Assembly: GCF_004010195.1 (NCBI RefSeq)
Contig: NC_057720.1
Coordinates: 26,823,153 to 26,887,152 of the forward strand
Length of the DNA: 64,000 bases
From: Chiloscyllium plagiosum
Lineage: Eukaryota
Direction: 5' to 3'
Below, in pieces: positions 12,250-24,770 of this stretch. Made by a program: the position numbers and the translations under genes. Under the pieces are notes generated by a model. It was not told the DNA's origin. It did no database searches and saw only the letters and a program-made list of their open reading frames with translations. The stretch's first letter is position 1. Every line of letters begins with the position of its first letter.

Positions 12250-14257
12250 CAATGTACATGAGTCATTGATTCCAGTATTCTCCAGACCATGGTTAAATTT
12301 AACTTCAGACCGCTGTGCTAGTTGCTGAATGTCAAGTATTATGATTAGTTTGTTAATTATTGTCCGATATGTAATATTCCTGCTGATGTTCATACATTCC
12401 GGAATATGCTAGGAAGTCATTTACTTAGACAAGGCTGAGGTGTTCATTTGTTTGCCAGCTCAATAATTCTTCACCCAAGGTGTTCATTCTAGTTGATTTT
12501 AAACAAGCTGAGCATCTTACACTGCAAGCAACCATCAAATGATATCAAATTCAAAGGAGAAGTTGAAATTAGACAGCTGGAAATTTTATATGTATTTTTT
12601 CCAGGCATTACTTCTGAAATAGCAGTTATCATACTTAGCCTGGGATTTTCTATCAGATTGGAATTGCCTGAACTACTTTCCCTTTCTTAAAAGATTATTT
12701 TATCTCTCAAGAAAAGTAAAATATTTGAAACCTAATGAACACATACGAGAGGCAAGCTACATGCACATTATGTGCATAGTGTAATGGAATGATAGCCAGA
12801 TGAAACATTAGACATATACTTTTGAGAGTTTTGTATCCACAATAAGTCTACAACTTTAGAAATTTTGTATAAGATGCCTAAGGCAAGACCACCAAAATCC
12901 TATTATATTGTTTATGCGTAAATATGTTGGAAAATATGTTATTTTACAATGCAAGCATTCATACCAGTGACAGCAGCATCCTGGTAACCAGTGGATCAAA
13001 CTGAATTTTGTTACATTATATTCTGGAGTTTTCAATATTAAGAATTAAATTCAATGCATTGATTGCAATTCTGTCCATTACTCTTTGAATATAAAAAATC
13101 AATACTCATTACATTTCATAAATATTCCTTTATCTAGGTATTTAATTTCATCTATTAATGTTTTTACACCTGGGGATATTGCAGGAAAATATGCATGATG
13201 TACTGTTTGGTAATAGACAGTACTGAACAAAGTTGAGGAAAGAGGTGTGCAGCAGCTATGCTGAAGGCAGTTCATTTCAGTTTATCTCAAGATTTGGCAG
13301 AAGTAAAGCAGGAATCTTGGAGTTTAACAACATTCTTCTGGGGAATTGAGTGCTCCAGAGTTGGGGTTCTGGTGCATTGTGTTTTATCACATTAAAACTT
13401 TATTCCTTGATCCGATAAGGAAAGAGGAGGTAGGGTGTGTGTCTGAGATTACTGATACAGGCACTAGTTCTTATGTTTCCAGAGACTTCTGCAAAGATTT
13501 AATTCAGTGGTTTATGAATAGTTCCTGGGTGTAGTCTCTCACTCTTTCTCTGCCTCTAAGAGCTGTCACACATTTGAATATTTTTAAAGACTGTTGATAC
13601 TAAAAGCTTTCTCTGTGCCCGAGATGCTTTCAGAAATCAATTAAATTGTTACTTGTTAAAAAGATCTCCAGTTTAGATTAGGAAAGACTGACAGCCTCTT
13701 TGTGCCACTCTCAGCTTGATACATTTCTGAAGTTTGTTGAATCTTTATTATTTGATCACAAATAAAAGATACAAACGTGTAATTAGAGTGTCAATCTGTC
13801 TGATACAGACACACCTCTGTTTTTTAAAAAGTGCCCAAAATAAGCTTGACCTAAAAAAACTTATTAATTTCTAAGTTGTAAGTACTCCACAGCATTTGAA
13901 ATATTGTTCATGATTAATTATGGTTGAAACAATTGTGTAAAAGGGAGAGAAAATCTCCTGTTTTGATAGTAACCCCAGCTGACCTACATGGTGCTGCTCA
14001 AGCTAAGTTGGAGGCTAGGCAATTTGACAGAAATGCTTTTGAACTATGTTAAACGTAATATTGATTCCATTGTTAACCATTCCTATAACCCTACTGACTA
14101 TATTGTTTTAAGTGAATGCTTTGGTCAAAATCTTGCAATTCGGGTTGAAGCCTCCAACTTCAAGTCCAATCAGTAAATCAAAATTCCTACTTACATTCTT
14201 GCAGTTTTTCAGGACAACCTTCGAATGGAAGATCCTGTCAAACTCACTTATTAGAAT

Positions 14258-14698
14258 CATATTCAGAGAGTCATATATATGTACAGCATGGAAACAGACC
14301 CTTCGGTCCAACTCGTCCATGCCGACCAGATATCCTAACCTAGTGAGGTCCCACTTGCCAGCACTTGGCCCACACCCCTCTAAACCCTCCCTATTTATAT
14401 ACCCATCCAGATGCCTTTTAAATGTTGTAATTGTACCAGCCTCCACCACTTCCTCTGGCAGCTCATTCCATAAACACACCATACTCTGCATGAAAAAGTT
14501 GTCCTTAGATTCCTTTTTGAGAGACTAGAATTTTGAGAGACTGGGTTTAAATCATAGATATTAATTAGATTACTTTAATATTTTAACTTTGTTCTGTTAA
14601 AACTCTATGTTATTAATAAATGGTTAAGTCTTTTGTTTACACACCTGATGTCTGGTATTGATTATTCAAAAAATCAGGTAGTGGTTATTCAAAAGGTC
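14258..14698 (-). mobile_element. CR1 3' fragment fused to an LTR-like segment; second copy of 9667-10070
   Basis: WNELPEEVVEAGTITTFKRHLD peptide; shares the junction tagattccttt.tgagagactagaatt and ~170 bp beyond it. Confidence 0.85.
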
Positions 14699-14940
14699 CA
14701 CCTGCAAGTTCTAATCTAAGCCACTCACAATCCAGATTTACAAATATATCACTGTTCCTTCAGCACCCCTGGGTCAAAATCCTAGAATTACCTCACCAGG
14801 AGTGTTGGTGTGTGCACTTACACTAATTTGACTGCAGTGGTTCAAGAAGGCAGCTCATCACTACCATCTCAAGAGAAATTAGGGATTGGCAATAAATGGT
14901 GGTCAAGCCGTCAATGTCCACACCCCATGATTAAATCTAT
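14699..14940 (+). mobile_element. LINE 3' end (same family as 36130-36690)
   Basis: aaatatatcactgttccttc...gggtcaaaatcctagaat...ggcaataaatg tail. Confidence 0.75.
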
Positions 14941-15764
14941 TAGCTGTCAAATTCTGATAAGTTTTGAGTTTAAAACTCTCAAAACTTCCTTGAAATTCTG
15001 CAGAGAAGTTAAGTGAATAATGGCACAGGGTCGCAGGGTGGCACATAGACAAACTGGATAGGGTGCAGATGCATGTAATGGTTGGGTATATAGTTGATAG
15101 GCTGACAGGATTGTAAGATAATGTGTGGATAGGTGTGTCAAGGTTACTGTCAGGTATGGGGACTCAGAAAGGAATTGGAGGTTCAGGTATGGATCGGGGG
15201 ATATCGGTCAGGAGATCAGGTTGAAGATGGGGTGTGGAGTGCACCGTTGCATTCGGCCAATGTATTTCTGCCGAACATTTACTGGATAAGAAAGTTGAAA
15301 CTGTCAAAAGTCTCCGGCTCTAACTCGGAGTCACAGACATTTTCAGAGGGTCTCAGGGAGCAGGGGAATTTTCAATCAAAAGTTTAAACTTCCTGAGCAG
15401 TTTCTTCATACACATCATATGTCAATTAATTAGAACATCTGCGGGGTCTTTTGGGAGTACATCAAAGAATGGAAGATATGTGCATAAGTTCACTCATACA
15501 CAAAGTTATTAAAGAATCAGAGACCTTTATCTTCTTGGTTATCTCTTGCAAGACATTTTGTCTCAACCTGCCCTCTAAATGAGCATCTTTTGATCTTAAT
15601 CTTTATGTTTTTCTCAAGTGAAACACATAAAGTTGCTCTGGCCAAGGTATGAAGTCTAAGGTGTGATAGGCATTTTGAAATTTATTGGCCAGAACACTTT
15701 TTTTTTATTACATTGATAAATAAAATGGACGAAACATGGCACAGAATATGTTTTCCTTTTGAGT

Positions 15765-16070
15765 TCATAGAATCCTGAGAAGCCCTACAGTGTGGAAACA
15801 GGCCCTTTGCCCCAACAAGTCCACACTGACCTTCTGAAGAGTAAGCCACCCAGACCCATTCCCCTGCCCTATTATCCTACGTTTGCCCCTGATTAATGCG
15901 CTTAACCTATAGATCCCTGAGGACTTTGGACAATTTAGCATGGCCAATTCACCTAACCTGCACATCTTTGAATTGTGGGAGGAAACCCAAGCACCCAGAA
16001 GAAACCCACGCAGACACGGGGAGAATGTGCAAACTCCACACAGACAATTGTCCAAGGCGGGAATTGAACA
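15765..16070 (-). mobile_element. HE1-like SINE (5' head incomplete)
   Basis: ggacaatttagcatggccaattcacctaacctgcacatcttt...cacgcagacacggggagaatgtgcaaactccacacaga. Confidence 0.9.
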
Positions 16071-16099
16071 AGGTATCTTCTTGAGCTTATCCCAGGACT

Positions 16100-16480
16100 A
16101 CTATTTGATTTTAACAGGTACGTTTTCATCCACACTAAGTCATTTGTTAAGTGATGAAATCATGTAATAGCAATACCCTCTCCGTACATATTGATAAATG
16201 GTGTACTTCGACTCACACATGAGCAGAATTAGAAGAATTCATCAACATTTTCAATAACGATCAACCTTCCATCAAGAGAAAGGCACAACAGAGAAGGAAA
16301 GCAACACTCTCCTGGACAGCAGGTGTAACTCAGTTCGCAAAAGTTTCATTTTTCAAAATAAATGTTATATCTTCTGAAGGGCCATTCAACCCAAAACGTT
16401 TTCTCTTCACAGCCTGCTTTCCCTTCACGAATGCTACCAGAACTGCTGAGAATTTTCCAGCAATTTTTGTTTTTGCAACC
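16100..16480 (+). mobile_element. Decayed PLE RT fragment plus pLTR
   Basis: AELEEFINIFNNDQPSIK (PLE RT motif downstream of YxDD); gatgct-like...aattttccagcaatttttg pLTR tail. Confidence 0.55.
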
Positions 16481-16844
16481 TCAAATTGGTTAATTTCACA
16501 TTTATTTATAAAGACTTCATTACCTCAGTTAACTCAGGTGTTCCTGTCTCCCAGCTAACGGAGGGTTTCTTTATTGACTGGTTTAAAACTGTTTTGTTTC
16601 CAACAGTCTCCCTCTACTTCATCCTCCTCATGGGTTCTTTCTCTGGCAACCATTCCCCCTTGTAGACTCGTGTCCGGTCACCCAACTGGCAGTCTCCTCT
16701 TTCCCCCCACCCCTCTCACAGTCTCCTTCTTCTACCAATCCTGCTGTGGCCACTTCCTACACTCAGCAGATACTTCCTTACCCAGAACTCAGGAGATGGC
16801 ACCCACCCCCCCCAACACACTTCCAGTACTCAACGAAAAGCATG

Positions 16845-17062
16845 ACATATGTCTTGCGCAAATGGACCCTGAAATAACTCTTCAGAGGCCTGCATCCCAT
16901 CGCTAATCACCCTTTATTCACAAATGTGTGGTCTTTGACAATAGGACTGCCTCTCAATAAGTCAGGCACCCCCAAGGGCCAATATCCCTTATGTCAGCCA
17001 GTGCTCCCAGCAAACACATATTCTATGATGGCCAGTTGGTTGACCTCGTTATAATCACTACA
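16845..17062 (-). mobile_element. Probable Gypsy-type solo LTR
   Basis: Similar to 17502-17728 and 58975-59190; tcaccctttatt gives AATAAA on minus. Confidence 0.5.
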
Positions 17063-17501
17063 GACCCCCTTATGGTTTCTGGCAAAAGTCCTGGCCCATG
17101 GCCTCACTAAAAGGCAATTCACTACCACCTGTCAGTTTCCTAAATGCTGTCTACTCCTCCAACCTGTTTCTTTCTCATGTTTGCTGTTGATAGACTCAGT
17201 GATGAAGTCAACAGTAGCAAGCACTGGAGTGAAGCAGCCTGTTATTGGAGGAGCAGCTCCTCACCAGCTATGGCCATTCTACTTCAGGAGATGGGTTTTC
17301 TCCGGGAATTGTCACTTAATTTGAAATTTCCCAGGTGTTTTTAAAGGTTTTGGGGATATGGATTCCTGCTGCTTTGTGTCTTTTTGGAGTCCTGGGAAGA
17401 TATGTAAACACACAACTAGCAAAAAAAGCTCATGAGAAGACCTGTGCTGGTCAAATTAACAGGTTAAGATTAGAAAGAAAAGTCAACAATGACTGAAATA
17501 T

Positions 17502-17728
17502 TGTGGTGGATCAACTAACTCCATAGAGACCAACATCCCAGCACTAAGTCACCCTTTATTTACGCATGGGAAAGTCCTTGATACTGATCCAGCTTCATCA
17601 GAGCCAGCTTTCAGAGTGAACAGAATGCCTGATGCTCCTGTTTATATCTGTCAGTGAAGGCTCCCTGATTGGACCGGATTGACAGCCTCAAACAGGGAAC
17701 TTATTCTGTGAGGTCTACCTCATTACAA
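17502..17728 (-). mobile_element. Probable Gypsy-type solo LTR
   Basis: TG...ACA ends, ~230 bp; minus-strand TATA-like (gatataaac) upstream of AATAAA; three related copies in the window. Confidence 0.55.
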
Positions 17729-18429
17729 CCAATGCGTTGGCCTTTAAATCAGCTGATATCCTAATTATGCTGAGTGTTCAGTGAGCATCCTTTAAATGTC
17801 TCATATTATCAACCATGATGAAATAACACAGGAGATTTACTACAGTGAACAATTGTAAATGAGATGATTTGCCTGTACTGACCAATTGTGAGTTGGTCTA
17901 TTTGCCCACACTGAATTCTGGTTCCTCCTCCCACCTCAACTCAACCCATCTGACAGAAACTGTTTCATGGAAAAAAGTTGGAAGAGTTCCAGAAAGTAGA
18001 AGTCCCAAGCATTTTCTTTTGCAGTGGCAATGGAAATTCTAGACTAACTAATGATTTTACTGCTAAACTGTAGATATTTGCATGACAAAGCTCAAGTGAA
18101 GTTAATTAAACAGAAGATAAGTTCAGATAAAGGTTAATTGCTATGCAGAAGGTGTACCCCTTTCATGGATCGTGCTGCTGCAAATCACAGAACACTGTGC
18201 ATAATACCAACATGAGTGTGATCTCATAAAAATTCCTACCCTCGATGTGCAATGCTCTTTATGGCACTTGGAACTGTAGCTTTGAGTCAGAATTGGGAGC
18301 TCTGCTGAGAGCAAGGAAGGAAAACGCCATAATAGGGGCATGAGTATGCTAGCTTAGAACTGGAAGGAGTAAAATAAATTATACAACTTCAAAATTAGAA
18401 AGAGGAGAGGAGGAATGAGAGACAGAAAT

Positions 18430-19060
18430 ACCTGTTACTTAAAGAGGCATAAATTAATCAGGATAGTCAGCAAGATTTTGTTTAGGAAAGGTCATGTCTT
18501 AATACTTTAACTGAATTTTAATTAATGAGTTAGACATAAATGTGGGGGCATGATTGGTAAATTTGCAAAATTGGCATGTAGTTGATAGTGAAAACAATGA
18601 GAGAATGCAGACAAGATTTAGAAGAATGTTGTCAGATCTTGGAAAATGCAAATATAAGAGAAGATTGAATAGTCTAGGGTTATTTTCCTAAGAACAGAGG
18701 AGGTGGGGGGATGACGTGGGACTCAATTGAGATGTAGAAATTTATGAGTGGCTTGGAAAGAATAGAGCCGGAAGACCTGTTTTTGTCCCAGGTGGAGAGG
18801 TCAGTTATCAGGTGGTAAAGACTTAAGGTCACAGTAAAAAGATTAGAAGTGTCATGAGGAAAGACATTTTCACCCAGAGTAAAATTCATTGCCCGGTTTA
18901 TGGTTGAGGCAGAAATCCTTAATTCAATAAAGAGGAACCTGAAATTCTGCAGAGCAGGTGCTGGGAAACAGGATTATTATGGCCAGTGATTTTATCCAGT
19001 CAGTGAAGACAAGATGAGTATATTGGCCTTTTTCTTTGATGGTAATGGTTCTATGGATTG
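18430..19060 (+). mobile_element. Decayed CR1 ORF2/3' fragment with internal deletions
   Basis: ggatagtcagcaagattttgtttaggaaaggtcatgtctt (SQHGF..GRSCL-like); 3' end motifs. Confidence 0.65.
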
Positions 19061-19134
19061 CAGAGTAAGGTTGGCAGTAGAGGAAATTGCACCAGCTTGT
19101 AAATAGAAAGAGAAAAGTCTGAACAGGATAGAAA

Positions 19135-19280
19135 CTGAAAGAACTGCAGATACTGTAAATCAGAAACAAAAACAGAAGTTGCTGGAAAAGCTCAGCAGGT
19201 CTGGCAGCATCTGTGAAGAGAAATCAAAGTAAATGTTTCAGGTCGAGTGACCCTTCTTCAGAAGTGTTCTGAGGAAAGTT
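19135..19280 (-). mobile_element. PLE pLTR (same family as 34212-34312)
   Basis: Minus strand reads ctgaagaagggtcactcgacctgaaacatt. Confidence 0.75.
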
Positions 19281-20314
19281 CAGAAAGTGTTTCTGAGTAC
19301 CAAAACAATATTAGAGAAGACAGAGGAGTGTGAAAGACATTGGAGAGAGGAGAAAAATGCCACAATAAAATCAAAGTCCAGAAGCATCCTTAAGAGAATT
19401 GAGGGATAGAGTGCTGCCTTTAACTGTAAATAGAGGAAACTCGAGCTGCTTTTCAATCTGAGGGGCAATGAATGCACACAAATTTATTCAAGGTTCTTTT
19501 CTTTTCAAAATAAAATATGGTACATTTGTGCAAATCATTTATCATGTAATTGTATACAGGATGGCATCTGCAGTTTGACATCCACATATGCTGACATGTC
19601 ATTTTTAAAATAATGATATAGGTAGACACATGGATATAGATAATAAATAAAAACAGGGAGATAATAATATTAGCCAATTACTAGTCACAAATACAGAATT
19701 AGTACTTAACATTAAATAAAGTAATTTACGAGGTGCTTATAGAGGACAAATATGACATAGTAATTGGTATCAATGCGTCTTTGTATCTGAGTAAACTGTG
19801 AGACTTCTGAATGAATGACTAATTAAAGTGCTTCAAATTCATCAGATATTGGACGTCATTTTAGGGAGGGGTGGGATGTGGTGAACTGTTCTCCCCTCCC
19901 ATCCCAAAAGAAAAGTCAGTGCCAAACAGACTGAGGATCAACAAGGCCAGTCCATAACCATGATGGGCTCTGGGTTGTATTAAACAGGTGAGGGTTGTCT
20001 ACCCCTCAGTGACAGTAACACACCCACTCTTGAGAGCTGTCAGCCAATCTGATTGGCCAGTTGCCCTACCATTTCCAGTCATACCAGAACCAAGTATTGG
20101 GAGTTGCCAGTTCTGGAGGGAGGCCCACAAAGATTGTCAATGCAGCCCAGACCCAGAGAAGCCCCAAGCTTTTTGGGCAGGGAGAAATCAGGGAGCCTGG
20201 GATTGAGGGAGTTGGGGTGCGGGTGAGGTTTTGCTAGCATGAAGTGAGAAAATGGAAAGGGCCATCTAACTGTGAAGGGAGAATCTACTGCTAATGTTGA
20301 AAATGCTGAGTCAG

Positions 20315-20590
20315 TTGTGACGATACTATGGCTTTATGAAGAAAGTTTGAGACAGATGTGATGAACGGTTGCTTAAAGCCAATAAATTAAACAGCTTGTG
20401 ATGCTTTGGGGTTTTCTTAAAAGTTTGAACAATAAAAGTAGCTGGAATGTGTAGGTCAAGCTCCCACAGAACCAAGATTTTTAGTTTCAATTTTCTGCTG
20501 TTGCTGGGTTCTTAAAACTAAAATTGGAAGCTCTTATTCCTGTTACAGCTAAGAACTAGGCTCTCCTCCTGCTGCTAGAATTGCATCCAG
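20315..20590 (+). mobile_element. Possible LTR 5' fragment
   Basis: Starts tgtgacgata; LTR-like composition only. Confidence 0.3.
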
Positions 20591-20937
20591 TACATAACGC
20601 CACACATTTACTCTACAATAAGAAAAGTGAGAGTCTAGACTATCTGCTGAAGATATTTTGAGGGGATATGGTCAGATCCATAACACACTTGAGTATATGC
20701 ATTTACATACCATAGATGTAATTTTGAACAACTCAAAAGGTTAAGGCAAGTGTACAAGAATCATTCTCCAACTGAAAGTAGGCTAGTCTGTAGAAGGGAA
20801 TAGCAGTCTATACATAAACTGTACTGGATATTGCACATCAACCCTTGTAGAAGACAAACTTTCACCTGCCTCTTCTTTTGACAGTTCCTACATTAATATG
20901 TAGCCTCCCCATCTCCACCTCCCTGCCTTTTAACCAG

Positions 20938-21445
20938 AGTTGATTTTAACCTTACTGCGAAGCCTCTTCCAAGGAATGCCTCCCTTGAAGAAATTCTCCT
21001 CCTCTCTCCACAAGGATCTCAGTGAGTCTCTCTCACACTGTACCCCCCGGGTCATACCCTCTGCCCAGAAGCTCTTCAGCCACGTTCTGAAGCAGACCCG
21101 CTACCACAGCCATATCTCCTTCCTCAGTGCCTGCCTATAGAACCGTCTGATCCCACATGGACTCTGGACCGTATTCAGACCACACAGTTTGGACCTGAAC
21201 AGGAAACCCAGTACACACTACAAATCCAAAACCTTCAGCAACAATTCTCTTTCAGGATCTTCCGCTCCACACTAGCAGCAATGCGCCGCCACCTACTCTA
21301 CCTGCAGTCAGCCCTGCCTCAGCTCGGGGCCACACTCTCACAGGCCTGCAAAGGGCTCCTGACGAAGGGCTTATGTCTGAAACATCGATTCTTCTGCTCC
21401 TCGGATGCACCCTGACCAGCTGTGCTATTCCAGCACCACTCTCTC
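20938..21445 (+). mobile_element. PLE derivative: ORF N-terminus joined to an HHR-bearing pLTR; 17-bp TSD
   Basis: MPPLKKF...LFSHVLKQTRYHSHISFLSACL; CTGACGAagggcttatgtctGAAAc at 21359; TSD ccctgccttttaaccag at 20921-20937 and 21446-21462. Confidence 0.85.
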
Positions 21446-22624
21446 CCCTGCCTTTTAACCAGTAGAGTTCAACAAATAACCTTCTGGCTTCAACCAGCTC
21501 CTCTTGGCAACTGTGTTATGACATGCACAGCATAATTATTTGGATTTAATAGCTTGTTAACAAATGACATATGGTGTTGTCCATATGTCATTTGATGGGC
21601 CCAGGTTGGGCAAGTAGATGGTGCTCGAGAAACCCATCATTCTTCACATGTCCTCACCCTATAAAACGTTTGATGGTGGTTGATCATAAACTCCAGCCCA
21701 TGGATATACCAGCCAAGAACAACGGGACTCCATCTTTTGATGACTCATAGTAGTTTCATACTTTGAGGAAAGAACATGTCATTCCATGAAGAGGTATCAA
21801 TGCAAGATGGTGAGAGATATTAATTCTCTTTTCAAATTTCACCTGTCAGAAAAACAAATGCCAAGATACCAGAATAATTCAGTCAAGTGAGATTTTCCAA
21901 CTAATCGTAACCTTAATTGATTTATTTAATAAAGATTATTCCAATAAAGCGAGGGTTGGCATTACAAAGAGCATGTGGAGAAGTAATACCTAATGTAAAT
22001 GTCAGGTGAAAACAACTCAATTCAGTTGTGAAAGTGTAAAGGCAATGTTCAGTTGTGAATGTTATGTCTCCTAAAATCATGTTGTTACCCATTACTTTAC
22101 TTTTATCCATTTTCCAATTTTTCATCCCATTTCCTTAAATAATTTAGCTAAACATTCTACTTTTTTGAATTCTCTCTCTCTCTCTTGAATTCAGTCCTTT
22201 GATGCATCCTATTTCTGTATTCTCTCCAGTGTGTATTATTTTTAAAACCAGTAATTTTTATGTCTAACCTCTTAGCTTGACAACAGTAGGGAAATAATTG
22301 CCATTAATTGGGTCAATCAAATTGTATTTTGATTGTCCATCTTCTATGAACATAAGAAACATAAAAAGGAAGCATAAATAGACCAGATTCCTTGAGATTG
22401 AACCACTATTCAATAAAATTATGCTTATCTTTTACTGCCTTTCACTTTGCTGCCTGTCCCTGTCATATTTTTTATTTTCCTTTAATTTCAAAACTTTTCA
22501 TTCTTAGTCTTGCATATAATCAATGACTGACTGTTGTTAGTTAACATTATTTAATCGCTTTGAATCATGGAACTGTTCTTTTCTGTTGTTTCATATCAAT
22601 GAACGTAAACTGAATGTGGCAGAG

Positions 22625-23420
22625 TCCTGTATTCTAAATTAGTCCATTATGGTGGAACGGACCCCTGAAAAAGAAATGTGCAGCATATTTCTCAAATGGC
22701 AAGAGGTTGGAAAGAATATGTGGACAAAAGGACTTGGGCATCCTTGTCAATAAGCCACTGAAGGTGAACGCGCAAGTGTAGCAAGCTATTAGGATGGCTA
22801 ATGGAACTGTAGCCTTTATTGCAGAGCATTTGAGTACAGGAGTAATAGAGTCTTGCTTCAATTGTATAGGAGCTTAGTTAGATGGAGTGGTCTGTGCAGT
22901 TTTGGTCTCCTTATCTAAGAAAAGATACTTTTTCCAGAGAGGGAGTGCAACAGAAGTTCACCAGACTTGTTCCTAGGATGGTAGCACTGTCCTATGAAGA
23001 GAGATTGGGCAAACTGCACCTGTGTTCTCTAGGATTTCAAAGAATGAGAGGTGATCCCCTCATTGAAATTTACAAAGCACTGAAAGGAATAGACAAGGTG
23101 GATGCAGGTATGATGTTCCCCTTGTCTGGAGAATCTAGAACCAAGGGGTTACCATTTTTTTAAAAAGATGGATGCCACTTGGGTCAGAGATGCGGTGAAA
23201 ATGTTTTTACTCACAGCTTAGTGAACCTTTGGAATGCTCTACCACTGAGGGTTATGGAAGCTCAGTCTTTGATTATATTTAAGATAGAAATTAATAGATT
23301 TCTGGTTACCGTGGCATTATGACAGTGTTATGGGGTGGGTAAAAGATATGTTAAACAGTCATGATTACATTGAATAGCAGGGCTGACTCACCAACTCTTG
23401 TATCTAAATTCCTATGTCTC
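22625..23420 (+). mobile_element. CR1 ORF2 C-terminal and 3' fragment
   Basis: VQFWSPYLRKD..EGVQQKFTRLVPRMVALSYEERL..RMRGD.LIEIYK. Confidence 0.9.
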
Positions 23421-23499
23421 CTAGTAGCAGAAAAATTCCCCTGAGTCAATCAAAGGGCAGAAAGAATTGATGCAGATTCCTAACCACTGAGGGCAGGAG

Positions 23500-24770
23500 T
23501 CATAGTGTCATACAATTCAGAAACAAACCCTTCAGTCTGACACATTTACACCAACCAGCCATTCCAAGCTGACCTAATCCCATTTGCCAGCATTTCGGCC
23601 CATATCCCTTGAAACACTTCCTTTTTATAGACTCATTCCGATGCCTTTTAAATGTTGTAACTGAACATACTTTCGCCAGTTCCTCTGGCAGCTTGTCTCA
23701 TACACACATCACCCTCTGCATGAACAAGTTTCTCCTCAGATCCCTTTTAAATCTTTCCTCTCTCACCTTAAACCTATGCCCTCTAGCTTTAGACTCCACC
23801 ATCTTATCCATGTCCCTCATGATTTTATAAATGTCAATAAGGTCACCCCTCAGCCTCTGACAGGCCAGGGAAAAAAGCCCCAGCATGGATAGATATTTTG
23901 GTAGGCATGGATTAATTTGGGCCAAATGGCCTGTCTCTGCGCTCGAGAACTCTATGGTTCTCTGACTCTATTCAGCCTCTACTGATAACTGAAACCCTCC
24001 AGTTCTGGCAAAGTTATTATAAATGTTTTCTGCACCCTCTCGACTTTAACAATATCTTCCTACAGAAGGGTGGCCAGAATTGCATGCAGCCTTCTAAAAG
24101 TGGCCTCACCAATGTTCTTTATATCCACAAAATGATGTTCCAACTCCTGTACTCAACATTCTGACCAATGAAAGCAAGTATCCTCAACATCTTCTTCACC
24201 ACCCTGTCTACCTGTTACTCCACATTCAAGGAACTATGAACCTGCACCATAGGTCTCTTTGTTCTGCAACTGTCTCCAGGGCCCTATCATTAACTGTATA
24301 AATCTTGGTCTACCTTAACAAAATGCAACACCTCACATTGTCTAAATTGAACTCCATCTGTCACTCCTTGGCACATTGGTCCATCTGATCAAGGTCCTGT
24401 TGTAAACTGAGATAATCTTCTTCACTATCCACTACATCACCTATTTTCATGTCATTTGCACACTTGCTAACCATGTCTCCTACATTCACATCCAAATCAT
24501 TTATGTAAATGATGAAAAGCAGTAGACCCAGCACCAATCCCTTTATCATACTGCTGGACATAGATCTGTTGTCCAAAAAGCAGTCCTCCAGCACCACCCT
24601 CTGTCTCCTACCTTCAAGCCAATTTTGTATCCAATTGGATCCCTTCCCCGACCCCATGTGATATCATCTTACTAACCAGTCTACCACATCGAATCTTGTC
24701 AAATACTTTGCTGAAGTCCATATAGTCAACGTCTATCACTCTACTTTGAGTAATCTTCTTCGTCACCTCA
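23500..24770 (-). mobile_element. 5'-truncated CR1 (RT to 3' tail), with a small plus-strand CR1 tail nested at ~23885-23970
   Basis: WIQNWLEGRRQRVV..GLVLGLLLFIIYINDLD..SKCANDMKIG; RLRGDLIDIYKIMR. Confidence 0.92.
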
